Part shown: positions 23,965-37,100 of the stretch, piece by piece
Layout: each line of letters opens with the position of its first letter
How positions within the stretch are numbered: position 1 is the first letter of the stretch
Origin: Raillietiella orientalis
Lineage: Eukaryota
Assembly: GCA_036172245.1 (NCBI GenBank)
Contig: JAYWIR010000006.1
Span: 4,402,001 to 4,466,000 of the forward strand
DNA: 64,000 bases
Direction of reading: 5' to 3'
Notes under the pieces: model-generated
The model's input: the letters and a program-made list of their open reading frames with translations, nothing else
What the model was told of the DNA's origin: nothing
Databases searched by the model: none
Program-made: the position numbers and the translations under genes

Positions 23965-25507
23965 GTCGGAATATGCCGTAACGAGCGGGCAAGCGGGGTC
24001 ACTTCCACCTCCGTCAATAAAAGACGCATATCCAGGGTTTCCACGTGCGAGGCGGCGGCCCCAGTTGGTAACAAAGGGAAAAGAGGGAAGGAGAAGGAGG
24101 GGGGGGGGGGGAAGAAGAAGAAGAGGAGAAAGAGAGCATCCTATCAGCAGCAGTCGGTCGCCGTGTCACGTAGTTTTCTACTGCCTCTTCGAGGGAGGGC
24201 CCCTTGCTTGCTTCCCCCCCCCCCCATATCACCACCCTTCCCTGGCTTGTGTTATTAATAGACATGAAAGGAATTGCGCACTACATGCAACCTTAGCAGA
24301 CGCGGGCACATGGCACGGCGCGAGTCGATCCTTTGCTTAACGCAATCCGTTAGGCTGCGTATCGATCGAACAGCTGCACGTGCTGCCGTGACTCCACCCT
24401 ACGGATGTGTGGTCTCGATGCAGACGATGTCCCTGTGGCATTTCGGGTCGCTCCTGTGTCTCGCAGCGTGCGTCAGTTCGGTGGAAGGGGAGGAAGGACA
24501 TCCGGAGGAACACGCAAGTGTCTTCTCGGGCTTGGGAGGGCTTGGATTACTCCACCTCAAAGGTTTGCAGGCCGGGTTCTCGGGAATCGCCGGGCACGGA
24601 AGCAACCGGAACTGGTCAGGGGGACTCTGGAAAGTAGCAGAAAGGGGAGAAGGGTAGTAGAGGAGGAAACTCGCCCATCAGGCGGCTGAGTTTCCAGATG
24701 GACCGCCAGTTCGCAGGTGGCGGATGGAGTCGGAGAAAGGAAAAGGACCCAAATGCCTCTTCTGCTTGTTACGGCATCACGCGGTTTGCGGGGGCAAAGA
24801 GGGGGTGCAGGCAAGCTGACCAAGTGCGAGGAGGAAGTGCCGTCCGCGCTTGCCAAGCCGACTTGCAGTCTGCGGATGCTGCTGCCGCTGTTCCCAAGTT
24901 CTTCGGGTCATCCTGAACGATTGACTTCCAGTGGCCGCTCGCAGAGCTCGAGAGGAAAGCGGTTGCTATGAGAGCAGCAGTGCACAAGGAGGCGCGGCCA
25001 AACCAATTCGGGGCGGGTCTCCGGAAAGTCACCATCCCCTCCATCCCTCGCAGCAGCGGCGCTGCGCGTCGGCTGTGGCCACCGGCGTGGACGAACGGAT
25101 TGATCCGAAGCACCACGACGAGGAAGGTGACCTCGACCGACTGCTTGCGTCGGAAAGCACGGGGCACGAGAAGTGTGCTGGCCGGTCTCGAGGGGACAGC
25201 AGCCAGCCCGGTTGCACTCCCCCTCCTTTCCTCCGAACAACACGCGTAACCTTTCAACAACTGCGTGCCATTTCCCTAAACACTCCCTCCGAGCAGGCGC
25301 GTTGAGTGGAGATGCACCTCCTCCACTTACAAAAAAAAGGCAGACATCTCGGCTTCATCATCGAACACTCGCGGAGTAGCGCAGGTTACCATCTACCCCC
25401 ATCCCTAGGTAATAATCGTGTCGGCACGACGACGCGATTCGCTAAGCTGCGCACCCATGCCCAGCATGGCGAGGACAAACCCGCGCGAGCTGCGTCACTT
25501 GCCCCTC

Positions 25508-26057
25508 CCCCCCCGCTCCTTCTCGCGTTTTTTTTTTTCTTCTTCCTCTTCCTCCTTTCTTTCAAGCGTTCTGGCGCGAGCGTTTTCCACGTGTGTTTTT
25601 GCGGGCCGCTGCAGATCCGATACACGTCCGCCGCACGTCTTCCCGGAGATGCGCTTCCCCCCCCCCCCTCTCTCCCGGTCGCCATGGTCGTCTTCCTCCA
25701 TCCCCCCCCCCTGCCCTCCCCCGCCGCGAGCAGGGAGGGAGGGGGCTCACCGTCGGCCACGGCAGTCGTCGTCGTCGTCGTCGTCGTCGTCGGAGGCGCT
25801 CGGGTCGCCAGGCAGCGGGCGATGGTCGTCGGCCTGCCTCGTCGCAACGCGGGCAGGTGTTGGATCAATACTTAGCCTAACGGGTTGCGCTCGGCGGCGG
25901 ACCGAACTGCCACTCGGCCGTGCGCGCGCGTCCGCTGCGGTCGGTCGCTCGTGGCCGCCTACGCGCCTGCGGAAAAAAATGCGGTGGCGGTGTGGCGCTC
26001 GCGAGCGGCGAAGAGCGGACTATCCTTCCCATTGTGTCGTCGAGATCCAAGCGCCAC
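25508..26057. repeat. Dispersed repeat B, copy 1 (about 550 bp, contains (GTC)n and T/C runs)
   Basis: Almost identical direct copy at 33589-34139. Confidence 0.92.
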
Positions 26058-29000
26058 CCTAATCTGAGCTTCGAAGTCGATTTCATCGAAGACACGTGAA
26101 GTTATGTTTCATAACCGCCTGGACTAACGGTTCTCCCCTGAAAAGCGACGAAGCCCATCAGCCCAGCCATGCTCCCGCTTCGTGTGCGGTGTTGTCCCTA
26201 CAAGAGAGGTGGGCGGAAAGGAAGGTCGGAAAAATCAGGGGGAACGGCTTGCCCGTCTCCTCTCCCCAAAGTCATTCTGCAACCGGTGAATCCCCAGCGG
26301 TTTAGTGTAAAGTCCCTGCTGCCACCGTTCTTCTAACGGTGACATATTCTTCCATGAAGGAAGTTTTTCGAATGGTACTGTCCCCGCGGAAAAAAATCCT
26401 GCCGCCGACCGATCCTTCGATCCGAAAACATTCTTTGCACCTCGTTTCGATTTCGGATGCTCCCTGTAGAACTTCCCTAGCGTACGCCCGAGGGGAGACG
26501 ATCTTCGCTTTTTAGCTCAGAGAACCGGATGTCTGACAGCACCATCAGTTTTCGGACAGGCAACTCCCTGTCCAGTTGTTCAATCGGAACCGAAGACCTG
26601 CTCTCTTCGTGGTCTCTGAACAGAGAAAATGCCTTCTCGTGTTCGGCTGAGTGGTCGCACTCCGTGTTGATCCTTGTTGGATCGGAACTGGTTCTGGAAG
26701 CTGGGAAGGAAAACGCAAGTATTTCGTATCCGTCCCGACGACCGAGAGGGTATAGAAAGCATGTAATCATAGAAGAAACGAACTTGTCATGTGCTGCTTC
26801 GTAAGCAACGCCTCCAGCATACGCTTTCCCAGGTCTGTTCGATGCACGATACCGTGAGAGGAACGCCTGCTGCTTGCATCGGCAGGTGCTCTCCATCATG
26901 AAATTCGTGTCGTGCAGCATTCTTGTATCCGACACGGCTACCCCCCGGCCTCCTCGACCTCAGCTGAATTCCTGTGATCAAACGCAGCGAAGGCTCTCTT
27001 CGTTCGGGCCCGCTCGCATGGTACCAACCATATGTCGCCCTGTGGCACGCACCACGTGCTCGTGCTCCAGGCAGGCTGGTTTCCACAGTCTTCCGTCCGA
27101 GGAATGGTGCAGCCTAATCATCACATCGGCATGCGACTTCTCATGGGGTCGTGATCTTGATCCGGTGGTGGATGTAACCCGTTTCCGCAGTGCTCAGCCT
27201 TCGGCTCCAGGTTTGCGCTCCATCTTTTGCTGATTTTTCCACGTGGACAGCAAAAGGCGGTTTCCATCAATCACGTGCGGTGAAAACGCAAGCGGAAGGC
27301 TCCCATTCACTTTCGTTGGACGTTGCATCCACGAAGTCCCGTTGCCTCAGATGTCACGAACCCGAAGTTCCGTTGCGAAGACGAGCTTTCCGAACCCTGC
27401 TCCAAGGTCGCCCTCTCGCCGGCACTCGAGGTCCGCTCCGAGAAGACCTGTTGAACGGAGGTGCTTGAAACTTCGGGCGGCGGTTTCATTCCGCTTCTCG
27501 CGGAAGAATAATCCACTGACTGGCGCAGATGCATGCGGCCCCCAACCTGCGTCACTGTGAGCGAGGAAGTCATGTGCATTCAGGGTAGGAGTGGCGTCAC
27601 TTCTACGAGTGGCTGCAGTCTCGTCTGAGCACCTGTTAACCCAAAACCCACCTCGACGACGGTCTAGGCCAAAACGCCAGAAGCTTGCGGACAAAAGTGG
27701 GCCGAAACTTCTGTCGCTGCCCTCGGAAGTGCAGAAACGATCCGAAAAAACGATCTTCCGTTCTTTTCCGAAAATGCGCACCAGCTCGCCTTTTCCCATT
27801 TCTTCTGTTTGTGCGAGCAGAGGATGTTTTCAGGATATTCCGCCTGGAAAGTGGACCCATTTGGCCTTAGGAAGGTGAGGCCAAGTCAAATAGATAGGAA
27901 GCAGACTGTCTATGGCCTTGTGAGTAGAGCACCTGCAGACTCCGAAGTGACAGAATTCTCCATGGCCAGGAATCACTCCAATCTCTTCCTTTTACTGGAG
28001 AGCCTGCAGTCTTCAGACAGGTCGCCCTTACCCAAGAATTTGGCAATCCGACCTCTCAGGTCCATCCAATTTTTTTTCTTTTTCCAGTAAAGCCAGTAAG
28101 CGCTGCAGGAGAGGGGGGGAGGGGGGTCGTTCACTCTGATCTTCAAAGTCTGCGAGGAGCTTGAGCTTGAGCCTTAGTGCATGGGGGAAAACTGTGTTTC
28201 TACGGCGTATACCTGGCTCACGTGCACAGGGCAAATCCCCAAAACCTGTGCACGGAAAAACTGTGCTTCTAGGTGAACAGTACAGCGGTACCTTGCTGTT
28301 TGAAACATGCAGAGGGGCGATGTCATCGGAGATCTGCCCAAAGCACTGCCTACCTTCGCCTTTTCACCGCCGCCCACTGCCTTCAGTGCTGTTTTCCAGA
28401 GTTGCTCTGGAACACCAAAGCCTTGTCATGCTGGAAACTGCGGATCCAGAGTCTCTACTGTACCGGAGCCTTTGCAAATAGATCCCGGCATCTTCGAGAC
28501 AGAGTGGACCTGCAACATGGATCGACTCCTGGCCCAAACATGAGCGACAAGCAACGGTACAGTTCAATGATACTGGTTCACTCACGCATCGCCTTCACAT
28601 CGTATGTATCGGCTCTTCAAGGTCATCCAATGGTAAATGCCGACGATAAGGGCAAGAGGGGTACTCTTCGACCGGGTTTGTCACCTCCTTGTGATGTTTG
28701 CATACGCAGCTTCATATCTCCCCGGCACTTTCATCCTGTCTCGTTTCCATGGCGCCTCCACATTTCTCCGTGATTAGGATATACAAGCTCTCTCGCTCGT
28801 GTGCTGGGTCGCGGTGGTACCGAAGTGTGACGCGGGCGCATTTCGGTCCAGCGGGCGAGTCTCCTCCAATCAGCCTAACGCGGCGCCCAAGGGAGCGCCT
28901 GGGAGGAAGATCGTCTGGGAATAAATCGGGGGTGTCCCCCTAGAAGCAGGACACTCCGGAACACAACAAAGACCTCAGGCTCGGGAAAAGGTCCGATAGT

Positions 29001-30292
29001 CTTTGAATCCTCCGGTGACACGCTGGCCTTCATCCAAGCTCATGAGTCGCCCACATGCGAAGGCGACAGGCACGCTTAGATAGGGGCAAAATCGGCCGAA
29101 TTGCCGATGAGTGCCTGACTCAACGGCCTCAAAAGGGAAAGGACGATGATCCCTGGATCGAAAGGCGGTCGATTGCATCCAAGACATCTGCACGGATGCA
29201 TGCCTTCTCCCCTCTCTCCTGAGAGCTCCCATGCACAATTCGCCATCCGACCGTGTCTCCTGGACCGCGGGAGTTTTCGTTACATCCATGCAAAACCATC
29301 AATTCACTCATGGAGGGATGGAGGTTCGCTAATCTTGTGGGTGACCGCGTCCACACCAGTTCCAAGGACAATGGTGTCCATTGAATCGAAACCGTTCCTT
29401 CTCCTCCGCCGGTGCTGGGAGCCGACCACCTGTCTGGTTGCGCCATTTCCTTCCTAGTTTCGCAGCCCGGTAACCGCCGGCTTGCAATTCGAAGGCGGCT
29501 TCTCGATGGAGAAGAGTACTTGGCAGCCACTGAAGATCTACGGGAACGTGACTAGGCCCCTCCCCCAGCCCCAGTAAGAGAGCTGAGTTCTCGTGGACAG
29601 ATGCTCCGCCCAGGACGCGCCCTTCTGGACGCAAACAGCCTCATCGACTCCGGGAGAAGGGCTGCCGCTCCATCCGGGAAGAGACATCCCGCTTGCCTCT
29701 GCGCTGAGCCGTCACCTCCCGACGGGCAGCAGAGACACGGTTCCAGGGGTTTCTGGCGCGTAGCGCAGGAAGTGGAACAGCATCCATGGGCGCCTTTACC
29801 TCACCGCAGCATAGGAGGGCGCCAGCGAGCCAGGTGTCTCGGGGTTCGAATGTCCACCCTGCTGTGCACCATCCTCGACCCAGGCGCTCATTGGGTTCCC
29901 GTCGTCCCACAGCAGCCAACCCGGGCATCCAGGAGGGGAGCACAGCATTTGGCAGACGCCCAGCCGCTTCCTGCCTCAGCCAATCGCGCCTGCAATAGCG
30001 TCTCATCAGCCTCGGTTCCTCTTCCCTTTACTCTTCTGCACCTCTAGCCTTCTCCAAGTCGGCGGAGTGACGAGAGACATCAGTGACCTCTCCCGGGACG
30101 GCGCCGTTCCCGCCCCGCAAAAGGACCGGCAGGAGGGAGACAGAAGGGGGCTTCCAGCTAAGGGGCGACTTCCCGAAAGAGGTCATCGCTAGAAGGAAGG
30201 GGGAGGGGGTTGGAACGCGAGGGTGGTCGGGTGAGGGTGGGGGGTGGGGGGAATGCATCTGTAGAGAGCAGTGGCAGGCAACGCGCCAGCAG

Positions 30293-31020
30293 GCCCCTTC
30301 TTGGCACCTGCATCATTTCCTCCCTTTTCTCACTGCCTATCTTCTCTGGGGAGGGAGTCACAGGGTCGAGACCCCCCTGTAGGGTTGCGTGCCTCCACCT
30401 TTTCTGGGTGCGGTTCTCTTCCCCTGATTCCTTCTTCCTGCCACACTGACACTCCGCCCCGTGAGCAGAGGGGCGCTGCAGCCATGATCGAAGGGCGGGA
30501 AGGAGAAGGGCGAGTTCTTCGTCCCCTACCTCCCCTTCCGGTTCGGACCGACACCCGCACGAATCTGGCGGAACGGCCACTCTGTGCGAGCTTGCACACT
30601 TCGCCCGCCTCTTGCCACCGCGAGCGGCAGCGCCAACCCGCGTACTTCTGGCACGCTCGCGACTTAGCTGCGAGCGACCACGCCCTGCTGCGGAGGGGCG
30701 CCCGCCCGGACAGGCGTAGCTCGGAAGAACCTCGTCAGTACTGCCGCCCCGATGTGGGCGTGCATGGGAAGTGGCACGCAACCTCCGCGGAGTTTCTGCG
30801 CCCTGGATGGACACCACGCGGTCTTCCCTGAGGGCATCCCCTGAGCCGAGCCTCCTTCAGGAGCACGGTACGGTGCTGTGGCCACCGTTGCCACGGGGGG
30901 CATTCTACTTGCCTGCAATCCTGCGCCAGCCCCTTCTTGGCGCCTGCATCATTTCCTACTATTTCTCACCGCCTGTCATCCCTGGGGAGGGAGCCGCAGG
31001 GTCGAGGACCCCCCGTATGG
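30293..31020. repeat. Diverged local duplication of about 90 bp (30293-30383 and 30929-31020)
   Basis: GCCCCTTCTTGGCRCCTGCATCATTTCCT...TTTCTCACYGCCTRTC...CTGGGGAGGGAGYCRCAGGGTCGAG occurs twice. Confidence 0.8.
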
Positions 31021-33588
31021 CTCATATCCTTAGTCCTTCGGGTCCAGCGCTGAAGAGGAGGGTAGAGGAACTCTCCGCGCACCCCCACTGGCGCCAACAG
31101 GCTCAAAGAAGCGGCTCGACATCGCCAGGCTCTCCCGGGGTCCGGAAGATCGACAGCGCCTGGGGGCAGCGCTGTGATCTGTCTCCCCTTGCCGGAGGAG
31201 GTGGGTGGGCCACCATGGATCCTCCGTCTTTTGCAGGGGCGCTCGTGCCTCCAGAGAGCACCGGACCGTCTCCGACGAGGGGCTGCTACCTTCGCATCAG
31301 AGGAGAAGGATCCGTCCCTCGGCTTCCGGGAGATCACCCCGAGGGCGCGGCGAGCTCCTTTCGACTGAGTAACCTCCCTCGGAGGTTTCGGCACTGGAGC
31401 GATCCCTCTTCTTCCCCGGACCCCGCGCTCTTTCCCTCCTGAGAGAAGCGGGAGCGGACCGCATCCAGGCTCCCTTTCCGGAAGCCCCGGCCGCTGAGTA
31501 GTCGCCGTCTCTCTCACCAGGGAGGGGAGGGCGGGATCCGCCCCTGCAGCCATCCACCGAGCCCGAAGTCACAGGAGGCCCTCACCCGGGTGGCTTCCTC
31601 ACGGTGGGACAAGAGGGACGCGCAGCGCGCCCCTTCCCTGCGCACCGCGCCTCGCATGGCCGCCGCGAGATGGAGCGCGCGCGACCTCACGAATCTCGTC
31701 AGGAGACGGCGTCCGTCCCTTTGTCTCCCTTGCATCCCGTTCGAGGGAGGCCTGGCCGCCCTTCAGCTTGTCTCCGTCCGCCTACCTCTGTGGTCACCCC
31801 TGAGTCAAGCAGTGTTTGCTCCATTGAGTTTCCAGGGCTGACCGCAGGACGTGTCGCGCGGGGCGCCGCCCGGCGGAAGCTCCTGGAAGCGACCGGCCTT
31901 TCGCGCTGGTGCCGCCGAGTGTCCTCCCGCCTGAAGGAGGAGGGCGCGAGGCGGCTCCCCGCCACTCCGAGCGGACCCATTGGGCTCGGAAGCCCTGGGC
32001 AAGGATCGCCTCCTTTCCGTCCAGCTTTTCCCCCGACGTCCCTCAGGGCATCTTACGGGCAGAGGATGACAACCGCTCCCAGGACAGCCGAACTTGCTGC
32101 TGCTCCCCTTCTCATTCCCGAGCCGGAAGGTGGCGAAGACGAAGGGGGAAGGCGCGGACTCAGGGGCGGCAGCGGCAGCTCCAAATGCGGTGCGATCGGG
32201 CGTCCCTCTTGGCTTTCGCGGTTCGTTCCGGGGCGCGGAGACCTCTCCCTGGGGGCGCCCACGTTCGCCTCGCTGAAGTGCCTTCCCACGTGGAACGTCG
32301 GTCCCGGAGACCCCGTGGATGAGGAACGCGTACCCCGGAGATCCCTCGTCCCCTGGGCGCCACTCCCTGCCCTCCGTCCGCTCCCCAGGAAGGCAGGAAG
32401 CGTCCTGCGGGAGCGCCGGGCCCGCGGGACTGGTCCGCGATCAGGTCCGCTGAGTGCGCGCGAAAATGCGGAAGGGAGGAGGGCGGCATCGGGGCGCAGC
32501 CTCCGAGGTCAGAGGGAAGAGTTGGGGGCAGTTGCCCTCGCCATTCGTCCGACTCCCCGAGGACGCGCGCCCGGTCGTCCCTTGTTCCTGCTCGGAGGAA
32601 GACCAGGGGCGGGGAGTGGTTTCGCCACGTCCGCTGGAGTCCAGGAAAGCGCCACGCTACTCTTTGCAGGCAAGGCGGGAGCGGCGTGGCGGACGCCGGG
32701 TGGTGACACCCCAAGCTGCGCCCCAGCGGCTGCAGCGGCTCCCGAGGGCTGGGAATGACTTCCCCTCCATCCACCTCGTCAAACTCTCCAGGTGAAGACC
32801 CGAGGCCTCCCACTGACCACTTACCCAGCCCGGAGCACTCCTCCCTCGGAAATCGGAGAAGGCGCTTTCGCTTGCGCGGGGCGCTCAGCAGGAATCGACG
32901 CCCTTCTGCCCGCGGCCGGGAGGAAGCCACGGGGCCGCGGCTGCGACCCACCCCTCGGCCGCCTCGATCCCCAGGCGGGGGGAACAGCCGACCCTCTCTC
33001 GGGTGGACCCCTCGGGCCCTCCCTTGCGCGCGGGAAAGCCGACCCCTCCAAGGCGGTCCAACGTCCCGTCGTCATTCGGTCTCCAAGGCGGGTGCGCCAC
33101 GCGCCTCCTAACCCCCTCTCTCCCTTCGACAGCAAAAGGAAAGATAGGAAAAGGAGAAGCAAAAAAGCACGCGCGCGCACACATGCAGCAGCGCCTCGAC
33201 CGGGCCAGAAATAAAAATAACGCGCGCGAGCCACGCACGCAGCACTCGGGGGAAACCGTGCGAACTTTTCGGTGGAACAGGGATCGGTTGCAAGCGGGCG
33301 AGGCGGGGCCGATCGGGCCACAGCGGGCTCGGCCCTTCGTCACAGGAGGATCGGCACGCTTCATGAAAACCCAGCGCGGTTATTTTTATTTCTCCTTCCA
33401 GCAGAGCTGCTCCCCTACGCACGTGCTTCCCCGAAAGGGGTGATCCCCGCTTTACGGGGCGGCTCGCACCCGGTGGCTAGGCAGACGCCGGAGCCCCCGT
33501 CCGTGGCAGACTCGAAAGACGCGCAGCAGGGCACTCCCCCCACCCCCAAGTGACCTCATCCACACCGAGCATATAGCAAAGGAAACTG

Positions 33589-34139
33589 CCCCCCCGCTCC
33601 TTCTCGCGTTTTTTTTTTTCTTCTTCCTCTTCCTCCTTTCTTTCAAGCGTTCTGGCGCGAGCGTTTTCCACGTGTGTTTTTGCGGGCCGCTGCAGATCCG
33701 ATACACGTCCGCCGCACGTCTTCCCGGAGATGTGCTTCCCCCCCCCCCCCTCTCTCCCGGTCGCCATGGTCGTCTTCCTCCATCCCCCCCCCCTGCCCTC
33801 CCCCGCCGCGAGCAGGGAGGGAGGGGGCTCACCGTCGGCCACGGCAGTCGTCGTCGTCGTCGTCGTCGTCGTCGGAGGCGCTCGGGTCGCCAGGCAGCGG
33901 GCGATGGTCGTCGGCCTGCCTCGTCGCAACGCGGGCAGGTGTTGGATCAATACTTAGCCTAACGGGTTGCGCTCGGCGGCGGACCGAACTGCCACTCGGC
34001 CGTGCGCGCGCGTCCGCTGCGGTCGGTCGCTCGTGGCCGCCTACGCGCCTGCGGAAAAAAATGCGGTGGCGGTGTGGCGCTCGCGAGCGGCGAAGAGCGG
34101 ACTATCCTTCCCATTGTGTCGTCGAGATCCAAGCGCCAC
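33589..34139. repeat. Dispersed repeat B, copy 2
   Basis: Matches 25508-26057; the visible differences are one substitution (GATGCGC/GATGTGC) and a C-run length. Confidence 0.92.
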
Positions 34140-37100
34140 TTTATCCCGAATTACGAACGTCCCCGAGCAATGTCTGCATCTGTGCACGCGAAGCCGCCTC
34201 GATCCACATGTAGCCTAACAGCCTCGGGAAAGCAGCAGCAGCAAGTCGAGCACTTTCCTCGCTCTCTTTCCTTCCGGTTCACGGAGGTCGTCTGGAAACC
34301 TCGCCGAAGTGTGATCCATGTGCAGTTACTTATTTCAAAGAGAAACGTCGACAGCGGAAGAGAAACGAGAGAGAGCTTGCGCCATCAGGTGCTGGCTGGT
34401 CTGCCGCCTCCGATGCAACTCGCGCACTCTCAACCTGTTCGTAAACTTGTCTGGGACCGCCTTGCAGCTGCTGGCTTCGCATCTTCTCTCCAGAGTTGAT
34501 GGCGTGCACGTTCCGGCTCCCGCATTTCATGCGAAGCTTGGGTTCGCCATCCTTCCTCCAGGGTCCGCTAACGTCCGTGAACGCTGCTTGATTCCGCGTT
34601 CCGAATCAGGAAGCCGAAATTTCTTTTCTCTATTCTTCCTGCATCCTTTGTTCCTCCGGCAATCCTGTTCCCGAGGCTTAGGGAGCCAAGCGAGCGTCTC
34701 GAGCATCTCTGCCGACTGGCTGCCACAGGTCTCGTTCCTATGGAGACGTTGGTTTCCTGGAAATTTTCAAAGTCCCTTTCCCTCTCTGACAGCCTGTTCG
34801 AACTTGAAGGTGGAGGAGGCTTTCTTTCCTTGAGTGTGAGGAAGCAGTCGGGAGGGCGGTTGTCGATCGCAGCAACGACCCGAGCGCTGGACCTCCTTGA
34901 GAAAGAACCTGATCTCATCATGCGCCCAGGTTGCGACCACGATGGGGCATCGCTGCAGAGGAGCGATGGAGACGTGGCCGAGGAGAGGTTGGGATGAGGC
35001 CTGATTTGTATTTCTCTTTTTTCGGAAACACTTGGGCATGAAACACGAGACACAGGAATCTTCGGTGGTGAAGGTGCGTGGTCTTTTACAAGGAAGAAAC
35101 GTCTTGAAGCCTCCGGAGGGGCATTGAAACGAGCGGCTCTATCGCGGGTGCAGGTACAGGAAAAGTCCTCCCTCTCTGAGATAAGGATGCAGAAGACCCT
35201 CGAGGACTCGCATCGGGATGAGAAACTCCTTCAAGATGATTGCGCCACAATCCGCGCATAGCTTCTGGTTTCCATCCCGACGAAGAGGGGTTGCTTTGCG
35301 AGAACATGTGGCCACCGCAAACCATACACTGCTAGGAAGCGGAGCCGTTGCTGGTCGGTCACATAGATGTCTCTGCCTCAGGCAACTATTTGAAGCTTCG
35401 TGGACATCGCTCTGAATAAGTGCTGAACAAAGAGTACCTTCCTTTCCTTCATCCGATGTTCAATAGAATCCTCGTTAGCATCTTTTTCGGATGTCTTCTC
35501 CTAAGGATCCACCTACCAATTCTTGATGGAACCGACGCACGCACATAAAGAAGAGTTCCTTCGTTCCCACACAGATGCCCCCGCTGTTGTAAACAAAGGA
35601 AGAGACGGGGATACGCTCCCTTGTTGACAGAATCGCCGACTGACGTCACGGAACGTGCGACGACAGGGAAGCTGGGAATGGCGGAGTGCTCCTTCCGGAG
35701 CACCCCGGTGGAAATCGAAACTGCGCCCGCACCCTCCTCGAGCGCCGTCTTCGTGAGCTCCTCCCCGATTCCCGGATTCTCGCAGCATGCTGCTGCTGCT
35801 GTCAGGTTTCTCGTCACCAAAGCCGTGGGTCGCAAGGAGAACCGAACCGGGAGCCGTCACTCGGTTCCCGGTCCCGGTGTTGTCTCTCTTCCTTCTCAAA
35901 CATCTGCTCGTCATTCCGCGTGATTTCCTGCGAGCTGCTAATGGCGCTCCGGTTGGCTCCCCGCGGTTACGTCATCCGTGCGCCCACAGTCAGCGGAAAG
36001 CACCACCTCTTTCCGCGCAAGGCAAGCCGTGCGGCGTGGTTGGCGTTTTCGTGTTTCATCATCGCGGTCCGGGTTCAGACCCAGCGCGTCGCGGCAGAGT
36101 TTCAAGGAGCAGGTGGAGGGAGGGAGGGAAGCGTTCATTGCAGGCTCTCCGCCTTGCGTCCCTCCTGAGTTTCCGCAAAGAGATCACGTGATCGGATCGA
36201 GGACGGTTCCTTTCACGATCGCTTCCCGTGCTGAGCTGCCGAGAGGCGCTCCGACGGATTGCGGTAGGGAATTCGGGCGCCGATTCTGTTCCTCCTGACT
36301 GATTTTCCCACCGGAACATCCCAATTTTCCCGCTTCTCCTGGAATGCAGGGCTTTCCGGTTGAAAGGAGCGGCAGCGGCGGGGTTTCTTGCCGGAGCGAA
36401 GGCGTTCGTTCCGGAAACTTCCGCCATCTCCAGGAGACATTCACGGAGGAAAGTCAACAGGCCCCCTTTCGCGAGTAGTCCTTCCTGCCTGCGGCGCGAA
36501 GGTCGCGCTGGGAACGCGAAAGAACGCGGCCGGGACTGCAAAGCGCAGGCTGCTGCTGCCGCCGCTGCTCATCTCCTGAGCGCATGCGCAGACGCCGTCA
36601 TGCTTGGCATTCCGGGTGCTCTCGCTATTCCAGCTCGCATGCGTGTGCATGTGGAGATCGGCGCGCGCGTGCGCACGCGCGCGGAAAGCAGCATGTCGCA
36701 GTCGCAAGCCTTCGGGCGAAGCTGCCGCTGCCACCAGGAACGCGTCGAGGGCGATGGGTCGCAAATTGAGGCACTTCCTCAAGAAGGCAGGGGACGCTTT
36801 CAAGCCGGCAGCGTTCACGAGGGGCGCGCGTGCTGAAGCCCGCGAATGCCGCGGCGCGCGCTCGGGTCACCCGGCGATCCAAGACGCGCGCGGCACGCTC
36901 GCAGACGCGTCGCGCTTGCGCTTCCGGGAGGTCGTGGCAACCGCCACCGCGTTTCGCGGCACGGCCAGCACGGTGGGGGGCGCGTCCGGAACCGGAATGG
37001 ATCTTGGCTCGGATGCGTGGCGCGGGCAGCGCCAGCAGTCGGTCTCCTCCGATGACTTCCGGGTACATTTCCTGCCGGCGGGCTTTCAACGGCACCTCGG

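Noticed and set aside
29843..29856. GGTTCGAA T-loop/B-box-like words here and at about 1937 and 54716
   Set aside because: No cloverleaf stems or suitably spaced A box, so no tRNA is called.
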